A stretch of 64,000 nucleotides of DNA, taken from positions 64,001-128,000 of the forward strand of contig CAVQYR010000001.1 in the NCBI GenBank assembly GCA_963718235.1, in the 5' to 3' direction. This document shows, in pieces, positions 19,266-28,764 of the stretch (the stretch's first letter is position 1; each line of letters starts with the position of its first letter). Made by a program: the position numbers and the translations under genes. The notes beneath the pieces are model-generated. The model did no database searches and had not been told where the DNA came from. It was given only the letters and a program-made list of their open reading frames with translations. This DNA is from an uncultured Actinomycetota bacterium (lineage in GTDB: Bacteria; Actinomycetota; Actinomycetes; JAHEKZ01).

Positions 19266-19961
19266 GTGCCCGGCACCCTGGCCCTCGTCGGATCCGGTGA
19301 GTACCTCCCCGTCATGCTCGACGTCGAGCGCGCGCTCCTCGCCGGGCAGCCGCCCCGCTACGTCCAGGTCGCCACAGCCGCGGCCCCGGAGGGTGAGTCC
19401 AGCCTCGAACGGTGGCGCCGCCTCGGGCAGGAGCAGGCCGACCGGCTCGGGGTCACCGCACACTGGCTCCCGGTGTTCGACCGCCATTCCGCCGACGACC
19501 CCGCCGTTGCCGAGCAGGTGCTCGGCGCTGGGCTGATCTACCTCTCCGGCGGCAATCCCGCCTTTCTGGCCAAGACCTTGCACGACACGGCCGTCTGGCG
19601 GGCCATCGTCGACACCTGGACTGCCGGGGCATCCCTCGCCGGGTGCAGCGCAGGAGCGATGGCGCTCACGTCGTGGATCCCCAGCATCCGGCGTCCAGGT
19701 GGCCAGCCCACCCAGGGCTTGGGACTGCTGTCGCACGTGCGGGTCATCCCACACTTCGACAAGATGCTCGGCTGGGCGCCGGACCTGCTGACCCGGACCC
19801 TCCTGCACGCCCCTGAGGGGACGACCGTGCTCGGCATCGAGGAGGACACCGCCGCGGTGGGCGGCCCGAGGCAGTGGGTCGTGCACGGACGCCAGTCCGT
19901 CTTCACCCTGGGGCACGGGCATCGCGTCGAGCACGTCTCAGGCGAGAGAATCGACACATGA
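19266..19961 (+). CDS. Peptidase S51 / cyanophycinase-like (type 1 GATase-like fold)
   Basis: LSGGN, GCSAGAM, IPHFD, GIEEDT. Confidence 0.8.
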   Translation: MPGTLALVGSGEYLPVMLDVERALLAGQPPRYVQVATAAAPEGESSLERWRRLGQEQADRLGVTAHWLPVFDRHSADDPAVAEQVLGAGLIYLSGGNPAFLAKTLHDTAVWRAIVDTWTAGASLAGCSAGAMALTSWIPSIRRPGGQPTQGLGLLSHVRVIPHFDKMLGWAPDLLTRTLLHAPEGTTVLGIEEDTAAVGGPRQWVVHGRQSVFTLGHGHRVEHVSGERIDT

Positions 19962-20947
19962 GCACCCTCATCACCACTGACGTGGTCGAGGCGGCCGCCT
20001 CGCTTCGCAACGGGGGCCTGGTCGCCTTCCCCACCGAGACCGTGTACGGGCTGGGAGCCGACGCCACCAACGACGCCGCCGTCGACCGGATCTACGTCGC
20101 CAAGGGGCGCCCGGTCGTCCACCCGGTGATCGTGCACGTCCTCGACGTCGCGGACCTGGACACGTGGGCCGAGCAGGTGCCGGACTACGCACGCGACCTG
20201 GCGACCGACCACTGGCCGGGCCCACTGACCCTCGTGCTGGCCCGCCGGTCCGGCCTCGGTGAGCGAGCCGCAGGGGGCGCCGCGACCATCGGGCTGCGCA
20301 GCCCGTCCCACCCGGTCGCCCGGGCTCTGCTGGCTGCCTTCGGCGGCGCGATCGCCGCGCCTTCGGCCAACCGGTTCGGTCGGGTCAGCACCACGACCGC
20401 AGCCCACGTGGTGGCCGAGCTCGCCGACGTGCTCGACCCGACCATCGACCGGATCCTCGACGGTGGGCCGTGCGACGTCGGCGTCGAGTCCACGATCGTC
20501 GACTGCACGGGTGAGCGTCCGCGCCTGCTTCGCTCCGGTCAGGTCACCGTGGAGCAGGTCGAGGCCACGACCGGGTTGTCGGTCGAGGCCGGCCACGGGG
20601 TGAACCCAGCCCCAGGAACCCTGCCCGCGCACTACGCGCCCGACGCACTGGTCGTGCTGACCGAAGGCGACGGCGTCGACGACCAGCTGGCCGCGATCGC
20701 CGCCGAGCACCCGGGCGCCCGCGTGGGCCTGCTGGCGCGAGACGTCGTCGCCGACCGACCCGGAGTGCTCCGGCTGGCGGCCCCCAACGACTCCGAGGCG
20801 TACGCCCGGGTGCTCTTCGCCGCCCTGCGCGCTGCCGACGACGCGGCACTCGACGTGGTCGTTGCCGTACCGCCACCGGACGAGGGAGTGGGCAGCGCCG
20901 TGGCGGACCGGCTGCGACGGGCGGCACACGGCACCATGGCGTCGTGA
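19958..20947 (+). CDS. sua5: L-threonylcarbamoyladenylate synthase, Sua5 type
   Basis: FPTETVYGLG, KGRP, WPGPLT, APSANRFG, ESTIVD, APG...HY, C-terminal SUA5 domain (DRLRRAA). Confidence 0.92.
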   Translation: MSTLITTDVVEAAASLRNGGLVAFPTETVYGLGADATNDAAVDRIYVAKGRPVVHPVIVHVLDVADLDTWAEQVPDYARDLATDHWPGPLTLVLARRSGLGERAAGGAATIGLRSPSHPVARALLAAFGGAIAAPSANRFGRVSTTTAAHVVAELADVLDPTIDRILDGGPCDVGVESTIVDCTGERPRLLRSGQVTVEQVEATTGLSVEAGHGVNPAPGTLPAHYAPDALVVLTEGDGVDDQLAAIAAEHPGARVGLLARDVVADRPGVLRLAAPNDSEAYARVLFAALRAADDAALDVVVAVPPPDEGVGSAVADRLRRAAHGTMAS

Positions 20948-22443
20948 GCGCGGCCGATTCGTCCACCGGGGTCGTCTTCTCGACGGTCGACGGCGTCCGC
21001 AGCTCGACCGCGACCGGACGCGCCATCGTGTCGGCCGCCACCCGCGAGGTGGACACTGCCGCCTCGACCGCGGCAGCCGGTGAGGCCCACTGGCGCCAGC
21101 ACTACCTCGGCCACTTCAGCACCCTCACCCGGCTGGAGGCCCAGCAGCACGCGCTGCGGATCGCCCAGTCCGGACTCGCCGCGGTGCACGAGGGGTTCGC
21201 GTTCGAACGCGGCCCGGAGCCGGCCCCGCTGGACGTGGCGATCGGGCGGGCCGACCCGACCCGGCCGGAGCTGCGGACGGCGACGGTTCGCGGCGCAGGG
21301 TCGTCGGGCCTGCGCGCGCTCTCCGTTCCCTACCGCGGGGGACGGGTGGCTGGCACCGAGCTGTCGGCGCAGCTCGACCGCTGGGTGGGGTCCGGAACCG
21401 TCGAGCCGTCGTTCGCGACCGCGATGCAGTCCGTGCAGGACAACCCGGACTGGCTCGACCTAGCCGACCTGACCGTCGTCGTTCTGGGTGCCGGCTCGCA
21501 GATGGGTCCGCTCGTGTCGCTGCTGGGCTGGGGGGCGCACGTCGTCGCCGTCGACCGACCCGACCCCGACCTGTGGTCGCGCCTGACCCGCCTCGCCAAG
21601 GAGACCCCCGGCACGTTGTCCCTGCCGGTACGCGGGCCGGCGGCGGCCGACGACGCGACGCTGGCCGAGCACGCCGGCGTCGACCTCGTCACCGAGCTGC
21701 CCGAGGTCAGTACCTGGCTGGAGCAGGTCGAGGGGCCGTTCACTCTCGGCAGCTACGTGTACGCCGACGGGGCCGAACACGTGCGGGTCAGTGTCGCCGT
21801 CGATGCGCTCACCCAGCGGCTGTTGGACGCCCGAGACGACGTCTCACTGTCCTTCTTGGCGACCCCGACCGACGCCTACGCCGTGCCCGTCGACGTCGTC
21901 GAGTTCTCTCGGCAGCGATTCGCCGACCGAAGCAGCTGGTCGGTGGCCGCCCACGGACTGTCCGCCGGACGGCTGTTCTCCGCCCAGTACGCCGATGTCG
22001 CGACGAACGACGAGGGAGAGCGATTCGGCATCTGCGACGCGTTGGTCGGGCAGCAGGGGCCCAACTATGCGTTGGCCAAGCGCATCCAGCGGTGGCGGGC
22101 GACGTCGGCGCGGCTGCGCGGTCGCCTCGTCTCGATCACCGTCGCTCCGGCCACGCGCACCCGCTCGGTGGTGCGCAACCGGCTGCTCGCGGCGGCCTAC
22201 GCGGGGGCGCCGCGGTTCGGCCTGGAGGTCTTCAGCCCGTCGACGTCCAGCACCCTGATGGCCGCCATGCTCGTCCACGACCTGCGGTCGAGCCGGTCCT
22301 CGGCCCAGCCCACGGTTCCCCTGCCGGAGCCCTACCGGCTGTTCGTCGACGGCGCCGCCCACGGGGGCATGTGGCGCAGCGGCTTCGCCCCCCGCTCAGT
22401 CCTGTCCACCGCCGCCGTCCTCGGTCTGGTCACCCACCCCTGA
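20944..22443 (+). CDS. Conserved hypothetical protein with Rossmann-like motif
   Basis: 499-aa ORF coupled to sua5 (GTGA); VVLGAGSQMGP, QQGPNYALAKR, HGGMWR. Confidence 0.75.
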   Translation: MSAADSSTGVVFSTVDGVRSSTATGRAIVSAATREVDTAASTAAAGEAHWRQHYLGHFSTLTRLEAQQHALRIAQSGLAAVHEGFAFERGPEPAPLDVAIGRADPTRPELRTATVRGAGSSGLRALSVPYRGGRVAGTELSAQLDRWVGSGTVEPSFATAMQSVQDNPDWLDLADLTVVVLGAGSQMGPLVSLLGWGAHVVAVDRPDPDLWSRLTRLAKETPGTLSLPVRGPAAADDATLAEHAGVDLVTELPEVSTWLEQVEGPFTLGSYVYADGAEHVRVSVAVDALTQRLLDARDDVSLSFLATPTDAYAVPVDVVEFSRQRFADRSSWSVAAHGLSAGRLFSAQYADVATNDEGERFGICDALVGQQGPNYALAKRIQRWRATSARLRGRLVSITVAPATRTRSVVRNRLLAAAYAGAPRFGLEVFSPSTSSTLMAAMLVHDLRSSRSSAQPTVPLPEPYRLFVDGAAHGGMWRSGFAPRSVLSTAAVLGLVTHP

Positions 22444-22452
22444 CCCTTGCTC

Positions 22453-22473
22453 ACGATCAGGTTTGCTGATCAT
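22453..22473. repeat. REP-like palindrome, copy 1
   Basis: ACGATCAG-GTTTG-CTGATCAT; near-identical copy at 24596-24616. Confidence 0.6.
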
Positions 22474-23059
22474 CGGCGGAAGGGCGGGGGCGGCGGCGGG
22501 GGGTGGGGACGAACCGGGGGGTCGTAGCCGCGTACGCCGGGTAGTCGGGGTAGCGCGCCGTCAACAGCTGCTCCTCGTAGCGCGCCTTGGCGGTCATCCA
22601 GGCAGTCAGCGCCACGGCCAGGGCCAGTCCCACCCACAGCATCGCCCGGAGCCCGAGGCCCCAGCCGATCAGCAGCACTCCGCTGTAGATCGGGTGGCGC
22701 ACGAACCGGTAGAGCCCGTTGGTCCGAAGCCGCGCACCGTCGCGGGGATGCGGGGACGGTGTCAGCGCCTCCCCGAGGTGCAGGCCGGCGACCACGAGGA
22801 CGACCCCACCCACGACCATCAGCCCGTACCCGAGCGGATGGAGCCACTGGACGTCGATCGTCGGGCCCACCGCCGCCGAGGGCAGCACCACCAGCGCAGC
22901 CAGCAGGGCGAACTGGCCCGCGACGAACGCCCATGCCCTCACGGCCGACGACTCTGCCGTACCGCGCAGATCGGGGCCAGCCCGTGCCGGCTTGGCCGGG
23001 CGATGCGCCGACTGTCGACGGGACGTGGACGCTCCGCTGGCTGACAGCGACCAGCTCAC
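22457..23059 (-). CDS. Isoprenylcysteine carboxyl methyltransferase/PEMT-family membrane protein (start uncertain)
   Basis: L.T.GLYRFVRHPIY, KARYEE..L..YPDY..Y...TPRF; GTGA overlap with upstream gene. Confidence 0.82.
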   Translation of the reverse strand: MSWSLSASGASTSRRQSAHRPAKPARAGPDLRGTAESSAVRAWAFVAGQFALLAALVVLPSAAVGPTIDVQWLHPLGYGLMVVGGVVLVVAGLHLGEALTPSPHPRDGARLRTNGLYRFVRHPIYSGVLLIGWGLGLRAMLWVGLALAVALTAWMTAKARYEEQLLTARYPDYPAYAATTPRFVPTPRRRPRPSADDQQT

Positions 23060-23448
23060 CGAGCACGTAGCACGGAACGGATCATCGGCAGCTGGAGCGG
23101 AACTCGCAGCCACGCGATGGTCTTGTGCGTCGCCGTCGTCCGGTCGTCACGCTGCACCTGAACCGCGTAGTACCAGTTGCCCGGCCAGACCGCGACAAGC
23201 AGGGCGGCGGACGCTGGGCCGGCCCAGCGCCGGTGAGTGAGCAGGCCCACAGCGCAGGCCAGCTCGGCCACACCGCTGGACGAGATGATGACCCGCGGCG
23301 CAGGCAGACCCGGAGGCATCAGGCGATCGAACGCCGACGGCCTCACCAGGTGGACGACACCGCTGACGACGAAGGCCAAGGCGACGACCGGCACCGCTTC
23401 ATGATGCCCTGCCCACGGCTTGCCGGCATGTCCAGTGTGATCGGCCAT
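23056..23448 (-). CDS. DoxX-like membrane protein (start uncertain)
   Basis: SGVVHLVRP, SGVAELAC, VWPGN, RVPLQLP. Confidence 0.75.
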   Translation of the reverse strand: MADHTGHAGKPWAGHHEAVPVVALAFVVSGVVHLVRPSAFDRLMPPGLPAPRVIISSSGVAELACAVGLLTHRRWAGPASAALLVAVWPGNWYYAVQVQRDDRTTATHKTIAWLRVPLQLPMIRSVLRAR

Positions 23449-23465
23449 GTGGCAGGCTCGACCAG

Positions 23466-24588
23466 GTGACGCACGATCTGCACCCGCATGCTCCGCTTCG
23501 ACTGGGCGACACTCCTCTGCCGCTCATCGACAAGGCCCGCATCTACGTCTGCGGCGTCACGCCCTACGACGTCACGCACCTCGGGCACGCGGCGACGTTC
23601 GTCTGGGTCGACGCCGCGACCCGCGTGCTGCGCCACATCGGCATCCAGACCGAGGTCGTGCGCAACGTCACCGACGTCGACGACGTGCTGACCGACGCGG
23701 CCCGGCTGGCCAACACGCCCTTCGACGCCTACGCCGCCATGCACCAGTACCAGTTCGACCACGACATGTCGCTGCTCAGCGTCCGGCGCCCCGACCACGA
23801 GCCGCGAGCCCACACCTACGTGCCCCAGGTCGTCGCGCTCAGCCAGGCGCTGGTCGACCGGGGCGCTGCCTACGAGCGCTCAGGGTCGGTGTACTTCCGC
23901 GGGGCGAGCGTGCCCGCGGCTCATGGGATCGGCGACGACGACGCACTAAGCGATGTGCGCGGAGTTCGGTGAGCAGCCCGAGGACCCGGACAAGGCACAC
24001 CCCTTTGACGTTCCCCTGTGGCGGGCGTCCGGGCCGGGCCAGCCTTCCTGGCCCAGCCCTTGGGGTCCGGGGCGCCCCGGCTGGCACGCCGAGTGCACCG
24101 CCATGGCGTTGAGCGTGCTCGGTTCCAGCGTCGACCTGCACGCGGGCGGCGCCGACCTGCGCTTCCCGCACCACGCGTTCGAGTCGGCCCAGGCGGAGGC
24201 AGCCACCGGCGTCACCCCGTTCGCGCGGGCGTGGATGCACGTGGGCACCGTGCGCGTCGACGGCGCCAAGATGGCCAAGTCCACCGGGAACCTGGTCCTC
24301 GTCGACGACCTCGTCCGCGACCACCGCCCGGCCGCCCTGCGGCTGATGCTGCTGGACCGACCGTGGCACCAGGCGTGGGACTACCAGCCCGAGCTGCTCG
24401 ACTACGCCGAACAGCGGCTCGACTCCCTGTACTCCGCGGCCGGCCGCCGGGCCGACGACGAGCAAGCCGAGCAGGCGATCGTCGACCTGCTGCTGGCCGA
24501 CCTCGACGTGTCCGCCGCCCTGGACACGGCCCTGGAGGCCGGCGGCCGGGCCGCCCGCACCCTCGCCGCCGTCCTGGCCCTCAGTTGA
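23466..24588 (+). CDS. CysRS/MshC-like cysteine ligase lacking anticodon-binding domain; split by a 1-nt frameshift at ~23948
   Basis: CGVTPYD.THLGH, RNVTDVDD, WPSPWGPGRPGWHAEC, FPHH, KMAKS. ORFs 23466-23972 and 23953-24588 join into 373 aa by deleting one A in CTAAGCG. Confidence 0.85.
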
Positions 24589-24595
24589 GCGGTCG

Positions 24596-24616
24596 ACGAT
24601 CAGGTTTGCTGATCGT
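24596..24616. repeat. REP-like palindrome, copy 2
   Basis: ACGATCAG-GTTTG-CTGATCGT, perfect 8-bp stem. Confidence 0.6.
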
Positions 24617-24723
24617 GAGAGGGCAAGGCGGGTCGTAGACCACCGGCAAAGCCACCTCCCGGCCAGGAAAGCCCCCCGCGTGGCCCAGTCAAGGGCAAGC
24701 GGCCGAACGACGATGATGACCCC

Positions 24724-25596
24724 ATGTCCCGTCCGCGCCTGCCCGGCCCGCGCACCCGCGCCGCCGCCCTGACCGCGGCCGCCCTGCTCCTCGGCGCCTC
24801 GGCCCTCGCCGCTGTCACGCTCGGTGCCCCCGCGCTCGCCGCACCCGTGCCTTCCGCGGAGACCGCCGCGACCGCGGCCGCAAGGGGCGCTTCGGTCGCC
24901 CCCTCGTCGAGCCGGCAGGCCGCGGCCCGCCCCCTGCCCGACCGGCTGAACAGCCTGCACAGCGCCCGCCAGGCCGTCGTCGTCACGACCAAGAACTGGT
25001 CGACGTCCTTCGCCCGGCTGCAGGCCTGGCAGCTCGGCAGCGACGACGTCTGGCGTCAGGTCATGGCATCCACCCCGGCCCGGGTCGGCTGGAACGGCTT
25101 CGCACCCGAGGCCACCCGCATGCAGAACTCCGGAGAGACGCCCGCCGGATCGTTCCGGCTGCTGCGCGGCTTCGGCGTCGTCGACCCCGGAGGGGTCACC
25201 CTGCCGTACCGGGTGCTCGACGCCAACGACTGGTGGCCCTACGACCCCACGGACCCCAAGACCTACAACGTCATGCAGCAGCGGCGTCCGCCCACCGCCG
25301 ACTGGCGTACGTCGTGGGCCGAGGACCTCGACAGCTACCGACAGCAGTACCGCTACACCGTCGTGCTCGACTACAACCTGCCCACCGGCATCTCCAGGAC
25401 TGCCAGCGGGGAGCGCATCGCCGCTTCGCCTGCAGACACCCGCAAGGGCGGCGGCATCTTCCTGCACGTCAACGGGTCGGGCGCCACAGCAGGCTGCGTC
25501 TCGGTGCGCCGCTCCGACATGCGCTGGCTCCTTCGCTGGCTCGACCCCCACGATGCCCCCCGCATCGTCATGGGCCCCCGCGGCACCCTGCGCTAG
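24724..25596 (+). CDS. Secreted L,D-transpeptidase-family (YkuD-like) protein
   Basis: Signal peptide; TPAG.F; GGGIFLHVNGSGATAGCV (HxxxxxxxGC catalytic motif). Confidence 0.85.
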   Translation: MSRPRLPGPRTRAAALTAAALLLGASALAAVTLGAPALAAPVPSAETAATAAARGASVAPSSSRQAAARPLPDRLNSLHSARQAVVVTTKNWSTSFARLQAWQLGSDDVWRQVMASTPARVGWNGFAPEATRMQNSGETPAGSFRLLRGFGVVDPGGVTLPYRVLDANDWWPYDPTDPKTYNVMQQRRPPTADWRTSWAEDLDSYRQQYRYTVVLDYNLPTGISRTASGERIAASPADTRKGGGIFLHVNGSGATAGCVSVRRSDMRWLLRWLDPHDAPRIVMGPRGTLR

Positions 25597-26108
25597 TCGA
25601 CGCGCCCGTCGACTCGCATCCGCCGCAGCACCCGTCGCAGCCGCAACCGGTTGTACCTCTGCACCGCGATGCACGGAAGGTTCGAGCCCGCCGCGACGCA
25701 GACGTGGACCGGGGCCGCCCACCAGGGGTTCCACAGCATCGGGACGGCGACCCCGCAGGCGACCGCCCAGTGGGTGAGCTCGGCACGTCGGGTCTCGACC
25801 ACGAACCGTTGCAGGACCTCACGTTGGCCACCCGCAACGTCGCGTTTGGCAAAGCCACCCCGGAACAAGCCTCCCGCCTCGGGAAGTCGCTCCTTCCATC
25901 GCTTGATGCGTAGGGCCTCCTCGTACCAGCGCCCGTCAGCTTCGAAGGCCCGTGGGGCTGTGACGACGTCGTCTCGGGCGAAACGCTCGTCGCTCACCCG
26001 ATGGAAGGCGTAGCCGCACGCGAACGTCCAGGCGGGCCAGAAGCCGATGTTTCCGGCGAGCACGGCCCACCACGGCAGTGGGCCCACGGGGGTCTTGACG
26101 CGTTGCAC
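25593..26108 (-). CDS. CrtO-like acyltransferase family protein (start uncertain)
   Basis: LRIKRWKERLPE, F..ETRRAELTHW, NLPCIAVQRYNRLRL. Confidence 0.75.
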   Translation of the reverse strand: MQRVKTPVGPLPWWAVLAGNIGFWPAWTFACGYAFHRVSDERFARDDVVTAPRAFEADGRWYEEALRIKRWKERLPEAGGLFRGGFAKRDVAGGQREVLQRFVVETRRAELTHWAVACGVAVPMLWNPWWAAPVHVCVAAGSNLPCIAVQRYNRLRLRRVLRRMRVDGRVD

Positions 26109-26153
26109 GAGGTCAGTCCACCACGGGCCGTAGGGGCTGCGTACGGTGGACCG

Positions 26154-27047
26154 GTGCGCGCCGCGGTCGTCGTCAACCCGACGAAGTTCCCAGACCTCAT
26201 GGCAGCGCGCGCCCGTTTGGACCTCGCTGTCCAACAGCTCGGCTACGAGACACCCCTATGGGTGCCCACGACTGCCGAGCAGCCAGGCACGGCGCAGGCA
26301 CGGGAGCTCGTCAGCACCGGGGTCGATCTGATCCTGGTCTGGGGGGGCGACGGGACCGTCAACGCCGTGGCCGACGGCATGATCGGCAGCCGGGTGCCGC
26401 TCGGTCTCCTGCCCGGTGGAACGGGCAACCTGCTCGCCCGAAACCTCGGCGTCCCCCTGTACCTCAGCGGATCGGTGCGCACCGCGTTCCTGGGCCAGGA
26501 CCGCTCCATCGACACCTTGGCCGTCTCGCTCGGGCACGGAGAGGTCCGAACGTCACTGGTCATGGTCGGCACCGGCTGGGATGCCGCCATGATGGATGTC
26601 AACGAGTCGCTCAAGCAGCGCATCGGCTGGGCGGCGTACGCCGTCGAGGGGGTCAAGCAGTTCCGCGAGCACCCCCTGCGGATGCGGATCAGCGTCGACG
26701 GCTCGCCCCCGATCCGGTACTACGGCCGGACGTGCCTCGTGGCCAACGTCGGCACCCTCGTGGCCGGCCTGCAGCTCGTCCCCGAGGCCGTGGTGGACGA
26801 CGGACTGCTCGACATCCTCGTGCTCGACCCGACGCGTCCTGCGGCCTGGGCCAAGACGACGTGGACCCTGGCGCGGGGCAAGTCCCCGGCGAACGCGGCG
26901 TCTCGGACCCTCTTGCAGGGACGTGAGGTAGTGGTCACGACCCATGCGCCACGCTCCCGCCAGATCGACGGCGACCTGGTGGACCCCGGTCACGGCTTCC
27001 GGGTGAAGGTCCGTCCGCGGTCACTCGTCGTGCGCGTCCCGCAGTGA
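26154..27047 (+). CDS. Diacylglycerol/lipid kinase family protein
   Basis: VVNP, GGDGTV, PGGTGNLLARNL, QIDGD. Confidence 0.9.
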   Translation: MRAAVVVNPTKFPDLMAARARLDLAVQQLGYETPLWVPTTAEQPGTAQARELVSTGVDLILVWGGDGTVNAVADGMIGSRVPLGLLPGGTGNLLARNLGVPLYLSGSVRTAFLGQDRSIDTLAVSLGHGEVRTSLVMVGTGWDAAMMDVNESLKQRIGWAAYAVEGVKQFREHPLRMRISVDGSPPIRYYGRTCLVANVGTLVAGLQLVPEAVVDDGLLDILVLDPTRPAAWAKTTWTLARGKSPANAASRTLLQGREVVVTTHAPRSRQIDGDLVDPGHGFRVKVRPRSLVVRVPQ

Positions 27048-27081
27048 GCGAATCGGCCGGGAGCACAATCGCAGAAGGGTC

Positions 27082-27116
27082 AGGACCTAGGTCCTCTAGG
27101 TGAACGGCAGGTGAAC
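27082..27116 (-). promoter_or_regulatory. 14-bp palindrome plus inverted PHO-box pair upstream of second pit
   Basis: AGGACCTAGGTCCT (27082-27095); GTGAAC at 27100 and 27111 (11-nt spacing, GTTCACC on the minus strand). Confidence 0.6.
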
Positions 27117-27133
27117 AGGGAACACTGCACCGG

Positions 27134-28150
27134 GTGGACCTAGCCCTGTACCTCGCGATCGGACTCGCCTTCGCCTTCGCGCTGACCAACGGCTTCCACG
27201 ACGCCTCCAACGCCATCGCCACCCTGGTGGCCACCCGCGGCGCCACCCCCGGACAGGCCGTCCTTCTGTCGGCGACGTTCAACATGCTGGGCGCCGTCCT
27301 GCTCGGCACGGCCGTGGCCGACACGATCGGCAAGATCGTGCAGGTACCGGCCGACGAGACCGTCCTGGTCGTCGGGGCCGGACTCGCCGGCGCCACATCG
27401 TGGAACCTGATCACCTGGTGGCGCGGCCTGCCCTCCAGCAGCGGTCACGCGCTCGTCGGTGGCCTGGTCGGTGCCGCGCTCGTCGAAGGCGGAGCCGACG
27501 CCGTCAACTGGGGCGGGATGGACGGCCTTCACCCGGTCGGGGTCTGGGGCACGCTCATCGCCCTGCTGGTCTCCCCACCGATCGGCTTCGCCGGTGGCTG
27601 GCTGCTGGTCGTCATCCTGCGACGGGCGTCTCGACGCTGGTCGAACCGCTGGCGTGGGCCGGTGATCAGCGGCGAGTGGGCGGCCGCCGCCGGCCTCTCG
27701 TACTCCCACGGCGCCAACGACGCCCAGAAGGCGATGGGCGTGATCGCCGCCCTGCTGCTCGGCGCCGGGGTCACCGACGACCTCACGGTGCCGCTGTGGG
27801 TCAAGGTGACCACCGGCCTCACCCTCACTCTGGGAACTGCGGCCGGTGGGTGGCGCATCGTGAAGACGGTGGGCCGACGCATCTACGACATCAAGCCGCT
27901 GGACTCACTGGCCTCCCAGTCGTCGTCGACCGGGGTCATCTTCACCGCCTCGATCCTGGGGGCGCCGGTCAGCACCACCCAGATCGTCGCGTCCTCGGTC
28001 ATCGGCTGCGGTGGCGGCCGACGACGCTGGCGGCACGTCCGCTGGCAGGTCGTGAAGGAGATGGGCATCGCCTGGATCACCACGATCCCCGCAGCCGGCC
28101 TGCTGGCCGTGCTGTACTTGTATCTCGCGAAAGGGGTGGCGGCGCTGTGA
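27134..28150 (+). CDS. pit: Inorganic phosphate transporter, PiT family (second copy)
   Basis: NGFHDASN, PSSSGHAL, HGANDAQK, PVSTTQ. Confidence 0.93.
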   Translation: MDLALYLAIGLAFAFALTNGFHDASNAIATLVATRGATPGQAVLLSATFNMLGAVLLGTAVADTIGKIVQVPADETVLVVGAGLAGATSWNLITWWRGLPSSSGHALVGGLVGAALVEGGADAVNWGGMDGLHPVGVWGTLIALLVSPPIGFAGGWLLVVILRRASRRWSNRWRGPVISGEWAAAAGLSYSHGANDAQKAMGVIAALLLGAGVTDDLTVPLWVKVTTGLTLTLGTAAGGWRIVKTVGRRIYDIKPLDSLASQSSSTGVIFTASILGAPVSTTQIVASSVIGCGGGRRRWRHVRWQVVKEMGIAWITTIPAAGLLAVLYLYLAKGVAAL

Positions 28151-28764
28151 GTGCTTCCTTGACCCGATGGTTCCTCCCAGACGTACCCGACCTGCTCGGC
28201 ACGCTGAGCGAACAGATCGACGTCACTGCAGAGGGGCTGACCGCCTTCCGCCGATGGGCTGCGGGGGAGCCGGACTGCAGCGACGACGTGCGCGCGGCCG
28301 AGCACGCAGCCGACGACGTCAAGGCCCGGTTCATCCAGACGGTGCGTGAGGCCTTCACCACCCCGCTCGAGCCGGAGGACCTCTTCGAGCTGTCCCGTGG
28401 GCTCGACGAGGTCATCAACGGCGCCAAGAACACCGTGCGTGAGGCCGAGGTCATGCAGCTCACCCCGGACGTCGCCATGTCGGAGATGGCCGAGCTGCTG
28501 AGCGAGGGCGTCAACCACCTCCGCCTCGCCTTCGAGGCGCTGGATGCGAACCACGGCGAGGCCTCGGTCGAGGCGGCCGCGGCGATCAAGACCCAGCGAC
28601 GCCTCGAGCGGGTCTACCGCAGGGCGATGTCGACCCTGATCGACAGTGACGACCTGCGACGGGTCGTGGGCTACCAGGAGCTCTACCGACGGATGGCCAA
28701 GATCTCCGACGAAGTGGTGGGGGTCGCCGACCGGGTCAACTACTCGGTGGTCAAGGAGTCGTAG
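28147..28764 (+). CDS. DUF47 / PhoU-like Pit accessory protein
   Basis: EHAADD, AFTTPLEPEDL..LS..LD; coupled to pit. Confidence 0.88.
   Translation: MSASLTRWFLPDVPDLLGTLSEQIDVTAEGLTAFRRWAAGEPDCSDDVRAAEHAADDVKARFIQTVREAFTTPLEPEDLFELSRGLDEVINGAKNTVREAEVMQLTPDVAMSEMAELLSEGVNHLRLAFEALDANHGEASVEAAAAIKTQRRLERVYRRAMSTLIDSDDLRRVVGYQELYRRMAKISDEVVGVADRVNYSVVKES

Noticed and set aside
23940-23960. Programmed ribosomal frameshift in the Cys ligase
   Set aside because: No slippery sequence or internal SD seen; two other unrelated genes show similar indels, so assembly error is more parsimonious
25593-27047. Carotenoid biosynthetic cluster around the CrtO-like gene
   Set aside because: No crtB, crtI or glycosyltransferase neighbours; the gene is isolated
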